A stretch of 39,131 bases of DNA, from the NCBI GenBank assembly GCA_028693535.1, contig JAQUVC010000002.1, forward strand, positions 1 to 39,131. The letters are read 5' to 3'. This DNA comes from Bacilli bacterium. GTDB lineage: Bacteria > Bacillota_I > Bacilli_A > ML615J-28 > CAG-698. Under the pieces are notes generated by a model. The model saw only the letters and a program-made list of their open reading frames with translations. It was not told the DNA's origin and did not search any database. Both the position numbers and the translations under genes were made by a program. Below are positions 7,615-15,670 of the stretch, piece by piece. Positions within the stretch are counted from its first letter, which is position 1. Each line of letters begins with the position of its first letter.

Positions 7615-8318
7615 TATTTTTGTTGTCTCCTTATTTCATAAATCATAATTCCCGCGCTCACAGAAGCATTTAAAGAATTAATTTTCCCTAACATAGGTAT
7701 TTCAACAAGAAAATCGCATTCTTCCTTCACAAGCCGAGAGATTCCTTTTCCTTCTGAGCCAATGACCAAAACAATTGGCATATCATACTTAATATCCCAC
7801 ATGCTACTACTTTTTTGGCTTTTTTCGGCACCAACAATCCAGTACCCCTTCTCTTTTAACTGTTTTAGGGTCTGCGTTAGATTAACCACTTCAACAACTT
7901 TTATGTATTCGATTGCTCCAGCTGATACTTTTGCTACAGTATTATTTAGCTTTACACTTCTATTTTTGGGAAGAATTACTCCATCAACATCTGCAGCTTC
8001 GCAAGTCCTAAGAATTGCTCCTAAATTATGGGGATCTTCTAAGCCATCAAGGGCGATAATCAACGAAGTTTTTTGAGTATTAACGACCTCAGATAATTGA
8101 TAGTACTGATAATCTTTTACCATAGCTACAACTCCTTGATGAAGTCCCGATACCATTTTATCCATTTCAGTGGAACTAATTATTTTATATTGCAAACGAA
8201 ATTGCTTCGCTAGTGCAATAAATTCAGTGTTTTTATCAAGAATATAAATTTCTTCTATTCTTTCAGGATTACTAAATGCTTCTTTTACAACATTTTTACC
8301 GAAAATATACTCACTCAT
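7614..8318 (-). CDS. rlmB: 23S rRNA (guanosine-2'-O)-methyltransferase, TrmH/SpoU family (RlmB/YacO-like)
   Basis: ORF 7614-8333 starts at a TTG. The ATG at 8318 (MSEYIFGKN) has a GAGGAAG SD. SpoU motifs LDGLEDPHNLGAILRT, VIGSEGKGIS, INSLNASVSAGI. Syntenic with mrnC-rlmB. Confidence 0.88.
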   Translation of the reverse strand: MSEYIFGKNVVKEAFSNPERIEEIYILDKNTEFIALAKQFRLQYKIISSTEMDKMVSGLHQGVVAMVKDYQYYQLSEVVNTQKTSLIIALDGLEDPHNLGAILRTCEAADVDGVILPKNRSVKLNNTVAKVSAGAIEYIKVVEVVNLTQTLKQLKEKGYWIVGAEKSQKSSSMWDIKYDMPIVLVIGSEGKGISRLVKEECDFLVEIPMLGKINSLNASVSAGIMIYEIRRQQK

Positions 8319-8700
8319 GTTCTTCCTCAACAATCTTAATCGCTTTATCGATTAACAAATGTAATCTTGCTTCTTGGTTTGTTAGATACAAATAACCAAT
8401 CACTGCTTCAAAGCCAGAACTACATAAATATTCACTTATTTTTAAGTTTTTTCTACTAACTCCACTACTATGGTTTCTTCCTCTTTTATATATTACAAGT
8501 TCTTCTTCTGTAAATTGATCCAGTAACCCAATGACAATTTTATTATGCCCCTTAGCACTTACATACTTAACAGCCAATTTATGAAGAAGATTTTGATTGG
8601 TAATTTGCTTGCCAATTAAATATTTCCTAATATAGAGTTCGTAATAAGCATCGCCAATAAAAGCTAAATTAGCTCCATTTAACAGTTCTGGTCTCGTCAT
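8311..8700 (-). CDS. mrnC: Mini-ribonuclease 3
   Basis: 129 aa. RNase III-like signature LAFIGDAYYELYIRKYL. Located between cysS and rlmB as in Bacillus. Start overlaps the cysS stop (TAATG). Confidence 0.85.
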   Translation of the reverse strand: MTRPELLNGANLAFIGDAYYELYIRKYLIGKQITNQNLLHKLAVKYVSAKGHNKIVIGLLDQFTEEELVIYKRGRNHSSGVSRKNLKISEYLCSSGFEAVIGYLYLTNQEARLHLLIDKAIKIVEEEHE

Positions 8701-10055
8701 TATAATTGAATTCCCTTATTGGTTATTTCTTCGCGCAATATATCTGCTTGGATAAACTCTTTATTTTTCCTTGCTTGTTGCCACTGAAGCACCAATGATT
8801 TTTCTTCTTCTCTTAACCGTTCAAGTTCAATATTAATACCTAGTACCCAAAGCATACCATCTAGTAGTTTCAATGCTTGCTTTAATACATCTGCTTCGGT
8901 CTTACCATTTCTCATTAAATTATTAATATGCTTTGTAGCAGTAAAAATAGCAGTAATAGCATTGGCAGTATTAAAGTCATCGCTCATGGCATCTATAAAT
9001 GCTGTTTTTAAATCGAGCAATTCTTGATCGATAATACCATTTGCAGGTTTCATTTCAAGAAATTCCAAATCTATTTTTCTAAACAAACTGATATAAGTGC
9101 GATTAATCTTTTCAAAATCTGTGGTTGCTTGTACTAATAACTCTTCTTTATAATCAAGTGGTTGTCGATAGGGAACATTTAAAATCAATAAGCGATATGC
9201 TTGATAACTTGTTTTTGATAATAACTCATCAGCCCAAATCACATTTCCTAGTGATTTGCTCATCTTTTCTCCGCCCATATCGATTCGTCCATTATGCATC
9301 CAATAATTAGCAATTTTGTGATTGTGTACACAAATTGATTGCGCGATTTCATTATCATGATGAGGAAACTTTAACTCTAATCCTCCTCCATGAATATCAA
9401 TTGGTCCTTTGAATATATTGTCAATCATGACAACACATTCTGTATGCCATCCTGGTCTACCAAGACTCCATGGAGAATCCCATCGCTTACCTTCATCTGT
9501 TCTTTTCCAAAGTGTAAAATCAATTGGATTATGCTTTTTATCATTATTATCGATACGAGCACCGTTCATTAAATTTTCTATTGTTTGCCCACTTAGCTGA
9601 CCATAGTCAGTTATCTTTGCTACATCAAAATATACATCGCCATCAATCACATAAGCACCTTCTTTTTTTATCATGAAATCGATAAATTGAATGATACCAT
9701 CGATATTCTCTGTTACCTTTGGATTTGCATCATGAGGAAGACAATTTAGTTTTTTATAGGTTTCTTTGATTGCTTTGATATATCTTTCACTAATTTCTGT
9801 TTCAGAAACATTTTCTTGTTTTGCTTTGTTAATAATTTTATCATCAATATCGGTAAAATTAGAAACATAGGTAACCTTATATCCCATATATTTAAAAAAT
9901 CTTGCAACTGTATCAAAAAAGATGACTGGTCTTGAATTACCAATATGGATATAGTTATACACAGTGGAACCACAAACATACATCGAAACTTCATTCTTAC
10001 GTAGTGGCACAAATTCTTCAATTTTATTTGTTAATGAATTGTATATTTTAATCAT
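8700..10055 (-). CDS. cysS: Cysteine--tRNA ligase
   Basis: 451 aa. Class I HIGN motif (YNYIHIGNSRP), KMSKS motif, WHTECV zinc/cysteine-binding region. Confidence 0.96.
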   Translation of the reverse strand: MIKIYNSLTNKIEEFVPLRKNEVSMYVCGSTVYNYIHIGNSRPVIFFDTVARFFKYMGYKVTYVSNFTDIDDKIINKAKQENVSETEISERYIKAIKETYKKLNCLPHDANPKVTENIDGIIQFIDFMIKKEGAYVIDGDVYFDVAKITDYGQLSGQTIENLMNGARIDNNDKKHNPIDFTLWKRTDEGKRWDSPWSLGRPGWHTECVVMIDNIFKGPIDIHGGGLELKFPHHDNEIAQSICVHNHKIANYWMHNGRIDMGGEKMSKSLGNVIWADELLSKTSYQAYRLLILNVPYRQPLDYKEELLVQATTDFEKINRTYISLFRKIDLEFLEMKPANGIIDQELLDLKTAFIDAMSDDFNTANAITAIFTATKHINNLMRNGKTEADVLKQALKLLDGMLWVLGINIELERLREEEKSLVLQWQQARKNKEFIQADILREEITNKGIQL

Positions 10056-10091
10056 ATAATTAACCCAACTTTCTATTTTTTACACATATTA

Positions 10092-10120
10092 ATTATAACG
10101 AATTTTTACTTTTCTGTAAA
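10092..10120 (-). promoter_or_regulatory. Sigma-A-type promoter for cysS-mrnC-rlmB-sigma
   Basis: Minus strand TTTACA (10120-10115), 17 nt, TATAAT (10097-10092), about 35 nt upstream of the cysS ATG. The leader is too short for a T-box. Confidence 0.6.
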
Positions 10121-10140
10121 GTGATAATATTTTTTTTCAA

Positions 10141-10181
10141 ATAAAAAAGAAGAAATAAATATTGCTATCATTTTATTTCCT
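10141..10181 (-). terminator. AT-rich rho-independent terminator after the histidine kinase gene
   Basis: Minus strand AGGAAATAAA (10181-10172) pairs with TTTATTTCTT (10159-10150), one G-U pair, 12-nt loop, then CTTTTTTATTT. Confidence 0.45.
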
Positions 10182-10191
10182 CCTGTTCCTT

Positions 10192-11601
10192 TTATTGGTT
10201 TCTTAGTCGCTTAGGAATGACGATAATAAACTTTGTTCCTTTTGGTTCATTATGTTCGACCTGTATTTTTCCCATATGGGCTTCAACAATTGTTTTTGCA
10301 ATTGCTAGTCCAAGTCCATTACCACCTGTTTCACGACTACGCGCTTTATCTTCACGATAGAATCGTTCAAAAATATGTTTTTTAGTTTCTTCACTAATTC
10401 CGATACCCGTATCAGCTATTTCTAAATGAACATCATTATTGATTAATGTCAATGTGATCGTTATCTTATCTTTTTCATTGGTATATCTTAGCGCATTGTC
10501 GAGAATGATAATTAACAGTTGTGTCATTTTATTGCGATCTACCAACGCACTGACTTCTTCTAATTTCAATACAAATCCTTTTCTTTGTAGCTCTGCTGTT
10601 TCTTTAAATATTTCTGAAGTTTCTTTTACAACTTCTGTCAAGTTAACATTCTCTAACTGAATCAGATCACGATAATTATCACTTTTTGCTAGTTGTAATA
10701 AATCAGTTGTCAATTTGTTCAGCCGTGCAACTTCTTTTAGTGATATTGCAATGTCCTCAGAGACGTCATACACAGTCAAATTGGATTTGGTAAGTGTATT
10801 TTCTAATTTGCTTTGTACAATGGCTAGTGGGGTTCTTAATTCGTGAGAGGCATCACTAACAAAAGCTATTTGTTTGTTCAATGTCTCAATAATTGGACGC
10901 ATTGCTGTAATACTTAAAATGATGCTTGCCACAGCACCCGCTAGAATCATAAGGATTGCTGAAATAATATATATTTTCACAATCTGATCCCGTGAATTCA
11001 CTTCACCATTAACCATTACTAACACCTTAGCATATTTTACCAAAGGAACATCTTCATTAAACATCGAAAATCCTCGTGTCATGAATGTATATTCTTGAGT
11101 TCCAGTTGTTACTGTTTCAAACTCCACAAAGTGATCAAGATTATTAACATCAATATTGAAGATGCTATTTTGCTCAGCAGTGGCAATTGCACTGATGTAT
11201 TCATCCCACAATTCTTGGTCAAAGGAATCCCATGGCCCTAATAACCCTTCATTAATACGCGAAAAGCGATCATAATCATGAATTACATAGGATAAAAGAT
11301 TGCTAGAATAATAACGAAACACTTCATCATTGGTATAAAAAATCATCATAATTCGTACATTATTGTTGTTTGCAACAATCAAACGATCACTTTCAGCAGA
11401 ATACTCAAGACTATCTTTGATATTTTCTTCAGCAGCAAGAATATCTTTTTTAATATCATTAAAAAAAGTATTATTGATTGAAGAAATAGCAAGTACCCCT
11501 AGCAAGATAAAAATAGCAAAAAAAGCAATTAAGTTAAATAATATTAACTCTCCATATTGCCTTTTAATAAAGTCTTTGGCGAAATTATTCTTCTTTTTCA
11601 C
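10192..11601 (-). CDS. Sensor histidine kinase (HisKA + HATPase_c) with ~170-aa extracytoplasmic domain
   Basis: 469 aa. Two TM helices (about residues 20-42 and 205-227). H-box SHELRTPL, N-box DNALRYT, G-boxes DTGIGI and GGNGLGLAI. GTG start overlaps the regulator gene by 17 nt. Confidence 0.9.
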   Translation of the reverse strand: MKKKNNFAKDFIKRQYGELILFNLIAFFAIFILLGVLAISSINNTFFNDIKKDILAAEENIKDSLEYSAESDRLIVANNNNVRIMMIFYTNDEVFRYYSSNLLSYVIHDYDRFSRINEGLLGPWDSFDQELWDEYISAIATAEQNSIFNIDVNNLDHFVEFETVTTGTQEYTFMTRGFSMFNEDVPLVKYAKVLVMVNGEVNSRDQIVKIYIISAILMILAGAVASIILSITAMRPIIETLNKQIAFVSDASHELRTPLAIVQSKLENTLTKSNLTVYDVSEDIAISLKEVARLNKLTTDLLQLAKSDNYRDLIQLENVNLTEVVKETSEIFKETAELQRKGFVLKLEEVSALVDRNKMTQLLIIILDNALRYTNEKDKITITLTLINNDVHLEIADTGIGISEETKKHIFERFYREDKARSRETGGNGLGLAIAKTIVEAHMGKIQVEHNEPKGTKFIIVIPKRLRNQ

Positions 11602-12259
11602 TCCACATATAACCTACATTTCTGATAGTTTTTAGGTAACCATTGTAATCATATTCTTTTAGTATTTTCCGCAAATTAGAAACATAAACTTCAACAACAC
11701 TCCAAACAGTATCAGAATCAAAGCCCCAAACACGATTAAATAATTGTTCTTTGGGAATAATAATTTCTTTATTACGAACCAAATATTCTAAAATATCATA
11801 CATTTTACCAAATATTTCACATTTTTTGCCATAAATACTAACAGCTTTGTGAATGACATCAAACTTCATATCTTTAAATACTAATTGCAATCCCTGAAAA
11901 TTGTTATTATAACGGCGTAACAAGGCTTCCGTACGCGCTAATAGCTCATCACGATAGAAAGGCTTGGTGATATAATCATCTGCACCTAGTCTTAATCCTT
12001 TTACTTTATCATTAACACTATCTCTTGCTGTTAGGATTAATACGGGACAATTACTGAATTGTCTTATTTTACTTAAAACTGTAAAACCATCAACATAAGG
12101 AAGCATAATATCGAGAATAATCAAATCATATATATCTTGTTCTGCTTGAAACAATGCTTCTTCACCATCATAAACAGCATCAACTTCAGCTAAGTTTTTT
12201 AACATTTCACAAATGCTTTTATTTAAATTAGGGTCATCTTCCACAACCAATATCTTCAT
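11585..12259 (-). CDS. OmpR-family response regulator
   Basis: ORF to 12289. MKILVVEDD start at 12259 is preceded by a GAGGTGG SD. Receiver Asp in LIILDIMLP. Winged-helix C-terminus (LKTIRNVGYMW). Confidence 0.92.
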   Translation of the reverse strand: MKILVVEDDPNLNKSICEMLKNLAEVDAVYDGEEALFQAEQDIYDLIILDIMLPYVDGFTVLSKIRQFSNCPVLILTARDSVNDKVKGLRLGADDYITKPFYRDELLARTEALLRRYNNNFQGLQLVFKDMKFDVIHKAVSIYGKKCEIFGKMYDILEYLVRNKEIIIPKEQLFNRVWGFDSDTVWSVVEVYVSNLRKILKEYDYNGYLKTIRNVGYMWSEKEE

Positions 12260-12319
12260 GTTGCCACCTCTAACAATATTATACATCATTTTCTTAATTA
12301 ATTCTTAAAAAAAGGAAAT

Positions 12320-12349
12320 AAAAAAAGGCAAGTATACGATATGCTTGCC
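12320..12349 (-). terminator. Rho-independent terminator after rpsI
   Basis: Minus strand GGCAAG-CATATCGTATA-CTTGCC (12349-12327) followed by TTTTTTT. Confidence 0.75.
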
Positions 12350-12357
12350 CAGAATCA

Positions 12358-12750
12358 TTAACGTTTTGAGAATTGTGGTGCTCTACGTGCGCCTTTAAGT
12401 CCATATTTCTTACGTTCTTTTGCACGAGGATCACGAGTAACCATACCTGCTTTTTTAAGAACAGATCTAAAGTCAGCATTCACTTCCATCAATGCTCTTG
12501 TAATTCCATGACGAATTGCTCCTGCTTGGCCAACGATACCGCCGCCATCAACATTTACCAATACATCATAACTACTCGCTGTGTTAGTTAGGTTTAATGG
12601 TTGTAAAACATCTAATCTAACAGCTGCTGATGGAATATAATCAGTGAATTCGCGTTTGTTAATTGTAATTTTACCACTGCCGGGAACTAAACGAACACGG
12701 GCAACAGAGCTCTTACGTCTTCCTGTACCATAATATTGTACTTGTGCCAT
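12358..12750 (-). CDS. rpsI: 30S ribosomal protein uS9
   Basis: 130 aa. [12 protein letters not shown] and the C-terminal [18 protein letters not shown] signature. Confidence 0.97.
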   Translation of the reverse strand: MAQVQYYGTGRRKSSVARVRLVPGSGKITINKREFTDYIPSAAVRLDVLQPLNLTNTASSYDVLVNVDGGGIVGQAGAIRHGITRALMEVNADFRSVLKKAGMVTRDPRAKERKKYGLKGARRAPQFSKR

Positions 12751-12763
12751 ATTAATTTACCTC

Positions 12764-13201
12764 CTAGCCTTTCAAATTATAAACTTCAGGTTTTTGTGCT
12801 TGATGTGGATGTTCAGGCCCAACATAAACATAAAGTTTTCGATACATATCATCACCTAATCTTGTTTTAGGTAACATTCCTCTGATGGAAGCTTCAAGAA
12901 CTTTTTGTGGTTGAAGTTCTAGCATTCTTTCAGCATTTCTACTTTTTAAACCACCAGGATATCCTGAATGGCGATAATACATTTTGTCCGCTAATTTATT
13001 TCCTGTTAATGCTACTTTCTCAGCATTAACAATAATAACATAATCTCCACAATCAACATGTGGTGTAAAAATAGGTTTATGCTTACCTCTAAGTAATGTT
13101 GCAACTTCGGTAGATAGGCGACCCAATACTAAATCTTTTGCATCTACAACAAACCATTTTCTTTCAATCGTTTGTATATTTGCCATATAACTTTTGTTCA
13201 T
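12764..13201 (-). CDS. rplM: 50S ribosomal protein uL13
   Basis: 145 aa. [33 protein letters not shown]-terminal [15 protein letters not shown]. Confidence 0.97.
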   Translation of the reverse strand: MNKSYMANIQTIERKWFVVDAKDLVLGRLSTEVATLLRGKHKPIFTPHVDCGDYVIIVNAEKVALTGNKLADKMYYRHSGYPGGLKSRNAERMLELQPQKVLEASIRGMLPKTRLGDDMYRKLYVYVGPEHPHQAQKPEVYNLKG

Positions 13202-13294
13202 ATTTTTCCTCCTGCTTTTTGGTAAACTATCAAATCGTGGTCATTTGATTATAGAGGGCTTCTTTATTGTGGGAAATAAAAATATACCTCACAT

Positions 13295-13323
13295 ATAATA
13301 CTATATTGTTAACTTTTTGTCAA
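13295..13323 (-). promoter_or_regulatory. Sigma-A-type promoter for rplM-rpsI
   Basis: Minus strand TTGACA (13323-13318), 17 nt, TATTAT (13300-13295). The ~85-nt leader contains the hairpin ATCAAAT-GACCACG-ATTTGAT (possible L13-leader-like element, not verified). Confidence 0.65.
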
Positions 13324-13419
13324 GATAATTATTGTTTTTTGAACCAGTAAAATGTTTATTTACTAGTTTTTATATATAATGGCGATCTCTTTCGTTTCAC
13401 TTTGCGAAAAACAATGATT

Positions 13420-13450
13420 TAAAAAAGTAGGATCTTATTGATACCTACTT
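13420..13450 (-). terminator. Rho-independent terminator after the heliorhodopsin gene
   Basis: Minus strand AGTAGG-TATCAATAAGAT-CCTACT (13449-13426) followed by TTTTTTAAA. Confidence 0.7.
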
Positions 13451-13461
13451 TATTGTCCTTT

Positions 13462-14247
13462 TTATGGTTGCATTGCACCAAATAAAACAAGCCACGCAAG
13501 AATTGATTTTGCAACTAGGCTTAAAACGATGTACGTTCTTTCGCCATATAAATAATCTTTCCATTTCCCTAATTTTAGGTATTGGGCGATCATATTGAAT
13601 GGGAAAGCATTGAATGCCAAGAAATAAGAAGCTAAAATTGCCCAAGCAAACCATGGTGCATTAGCTATTTCTCCAGAGCCAAAAATATAAAGACCAATAA
13701 CAATCCAAGGTGTGATACCAGCAATGGAACCCCAAGCAAATGGTCCCCATTTTACCTTACCTTTTTCAAATCCTGAATTAAATTGCTCCATTAGTAAACC
13801 AAATAAATTCATACAAACATTCAAAACAAAGATTAATAGCAGTGAAGCAATATCTACTACACCAAACAATACCGATGTTAAGACAATCATAATTGATGAA
13901 CTTAAAGCATACTCGAACCAACGAAATTTATTGATTCCTTTTTTTAAATCTTCAACATAAACATTAAATATTTTGTTTGGTATAGAAATAATAAAATGCG
14001 CTAACGCTGAAAGAAACAAAAATAAAGCAACAAGAATACCAAATGGTAAAATAAATAATTCTCTTCCTTGTAAGACCAATCCTTCACCTAAGACAAATGT
14101 TAGGTAATTTTGTACAATCATCGGTTGAAATGCTGCTAGTTTGTCAATTACAAAGTAAGCCAAGAAAACCATAGCAATGCCTTGAACCAAATGGAATCCA
14201 CCCATAATTAAATTAAAACGGCGTAATTTTAGAAATTCTTTATCCAT
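13462..14247 (-). CDS. Heliorhodopsin (7-TM retinal-binding protein)
   Basis: 261 aa, about 7 hydrophobic helices. Motifs match heliorhodopsin 48C12 as recalled: GGFHLVQ, LSALAHF, FRWFEYALSSSIMIVL, IAGITPWI, GERTYIVLSLVAKSILAW. Lys247 (AAA, 13507-13509) is at the Schiff-base position and Glu112 at the counterion position. Confidence 0.9.
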   Translation of the reverse strand: MDKEFLKLRRFNLIMGGFHLVQGIAMVFLAYFVIDKLAAFQPMIVQNYLTFVLGEGLVLQGRELFILPFGILVALFLFLSALAHFIISIPNKIFNVYVEDLKKGINKFRWFEYALSSSIMIVLTSVLFGVVDIASLLLIFVLNVCMNLFGLLMEQFNSGFEKGKVKWGPFAWGSIAGITPWIVIGLYIFGSGEIANAPWFAWAILASYFLAFNAFPFNMIAQYLKLGKWKDYLYGERTYIVLSLVAKSILAWLVLFGAMQP

Positions 14248-14267
14248 AATACCCCCCTTTTGACTTA

Positions 14268-14295
14268 ATTATATCGAAAAAAGAAAAAAAAGCAA
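14268..14295 (-). promoter_or_regulatory. Sigma-A-type promoter for the heliorhodopsin gene
   Basis: Minus strand TTGCTT (14295-14290), 16 nt T-rich spacer, TATAAT (14273-14268). AAGGGGGG SD before the ATG. Confidence 0.55.
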
Positions 14296-14351
14296 GTTGA
14301 AAGATTTTCAATAAAGAAATTTATCATGTTTTAATAATAATTCCTGTTTTG

Positions 14352-14678
14352 TTATTTAATCAACTTGTTGTATTTTTTGCTACTATCCTTTGCAAGTGAA
14401 ACAGGGTATTTGTCTGCATTCTTTTTCATCTTATTGATAATGATTTCCTCAATATTGAAGTTATATTTTTCTGCTATTTGAATACTATAAACAAAAACAT
14501 CAGCCAATTCCTCTGCCAAGCGCTCAACACTTTCAACTTCATCAGACCATTGGTATAACTCCAGTAGTTCACAAGCTTCCAATACCAATGACTTTGCAAG
14601 GTTACTACCTGTATGAAATTGTTCCCAATTTCGTTCAGTAACAAATTTGTTAATTAATGCAATAATTTTCTCATTCAT
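14352..14678 (-). CDS. MazG-like nucleotide pyrophosphohydrolase (small all-alpha NTP-PPase)
   Basis: 108 aa. RNWEQFHT...LVLEACELLELYQW and EELADVFVY carry the ExxE...ExxD metal-binding pattern of the MazG/dCTPase-like family. AAGGAG SD. Confidence 0.75.
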   Translation of the reverse strand: MNEKIIALINKFVTERNWEQFHTGSNLAKSLVLEACELLELYQWSDEVESVERLAEELADVFVYSIQIAEKYNFNIEEIIINKMKKNADKYPVSLAKDSSKKYNKLIK

Positions 14679-14720
14679 ACAAAACTCCTTTATTTTTCAT
14701 GCTTATTATACCATGTTATA

Positions 14721-14747
14721 TAAAAATAGCCACAATAAAATGGCTAT
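14721..14747 (-). terminator. Rho-independent terminator after the YitT-family gene
   Basis: Minus strand ATAGCCA-TTTTATTG-TGGCTAT (14747-14726) followed by TTTTTAT. Followed by an extended -10 TGGTATAAT (14713-14705) for the MazG-like gene. Confidence 0.7.
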
Positions 14748-14750
14748 TAG

Positions 14751-15659
14751 TTAAGTAATAACATTACGATTAAAAAGTCCATAGATTTGTTTCACCCCAG
14801 TATAGGTAATAAAGCATTGGGGGTCAATGTGCTTCGCAATATTTTTATATTCTTCTGCTTCATAACTTGACACAACGGTATCAAGGACATATTTTGTTTT
14901 ATTTGTATATGCTCCTACAGCAGTATAAATTGTTATTCCATGATTAAATTTCGCAATTAATGCTTCTCGCATACGATTTTTTTCTTCAGTGATGATACTA
15001 ACCTTCATATACTTATAAATAGTATGAACCTTATCAAGAACTAAAATGCCTATGATTAGGCGAATGATTGTATAAACAGCAGTTTCAATTGTTCCAACAA
15101 AACCCGAAGCTAAAATAATGATCAAATCAACGCTCAAAGAGAATTTTGCGAAAGAAATATTCTTTTTAAACGATACATATTGACTGATAATATCCATTCC
15201 TCCTGTGGAAGAACCAACACGAAGAGCAATACCACACCCCAATCCAGTCAATAAACCACCAAGAACTGATAGTAATAATTTGTCATCAGCTAAAACAGCA
15301 AAAGGATTTAGTCCAAAATTGGCTTTTAAATATTCAAGCAAGGCAATAAATATTGTTTGCATCGCAATAGAGCCAACGCTTAAAATTGCAAATCGTTTAC
15401 TAACCCCTTTATAACCAATTAAGAATAAAGGTACATTAAGGATAGCAATAAATATACTTTTAAAGCCTGGTATCTGCTTTCCTGTAATGTCAACAGTGAT
15501 TGTTTCAATGATTTGAGAAATACCAGTGACTCCACCAGCATAAAATGAACCCAGATCTAAAATCCAAACAATCGCTAAACAGTAAATTAGTGTTCCCACT
15601 AACATACCAGAAACGACAGATACATTACGTTTTTTAAAGAAACCAACAATGCTGTTCAT
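14751..15659 (-). CDS. YitT-family membrane protein with C-terminal DUF2179 domain
   Basis: 302 aa, 5-6 TM helices. GGVTGISQI and GGMDIISQY repeats typical of YitT. Soluble C-terminal ~80 aa (VSIITEEK...ITYTGVKQIYG). Confidence 0.8.
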   Translation of the reverse strand: MNSIVGFFKKRNVSVVSGMLVGTLIYCLAIVWILDLGSFYAGGVTGISQIIETITVDITGKQIPGFKSIFIAILNVPLFLIGYKGVSKRFAILSVGSIAMQTIFIALLEYLKANFGLNPFAVLADDKLLLSVLGGLLTGLGCGIALRVGSSTGGMDIISQYVSFKKNISFAKFSLSVDLIIILASGFVGTIETAVYTIIRLIIGILVLDKVHTIYKYMKVSIITEEKNRMREALIAKFNHGITIYTAVGAYTNKTKYVLDTVVSSYEAEEYKNIAKHIDPQCFITYTGVKQIYGLFNRNVIT

Positions 15660-15670
15660 AATTCTACCTT

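Noticed and set aside
10106-10171. A 21-codon ORF (MIAIFISSFLFEKKYYHFTEK) with a perfect AGGAGG SD 7 nt upstream, right after the histidine kinase gene. It could be a small TCS-associated peptide or a cysS leader peptide.
   Set aside because: The SD and ATG form the 5' arm and loop of an AT-rich hairpin followed by a U-tract, best read as the TCS terminator. The hydrophobic stretch (11 aa) is too short for a TM helix. It has no Cys codons for a cysS attenuation role, and the ORF runs through the cysS -35 box. Ribosome profiling could reopen the question.
10056-10191. An expected T-box riboswitch upstream of cysS, and similarly upstream of metG.
   Set aside because: Only about 135 nt is available here, and most of it is taken by a terminator and a promoter. 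There is no specifier-loop/T-box (AGGGUGGNACCGCG-like) sequence. metG has an 11-nt spacer. This is recorded as an absence, not a feature.
12294-12479. A 61-aa minus-strand ORF overlapping the 3' end of rpsI and its terminator. Similar out-of-frame internal ORFs occur at 13445-13654, 9746-10021, 33964-34152 and 35891-36085.
   Set aside because: They are alternative frames of confidently assigned genes, with no SD, no recognisable motif and implausible composition.
14277-14291. The A6-G-A8 tract (T-rich on the coding strand) in the heliorhodopsin promoter spacer, and A7/A8 runs at 30431-30437 and 30488-30495 near the DUF5011 gene start, as possible slipped-strand phase-variation switches.
   Set aside because: The tracts are short (8 nt or less) and are expected by chance in a genome this AT-rich. 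The A7 is simply two Lys codons. Without population or long-read length variation there is no evidence of phase variation.
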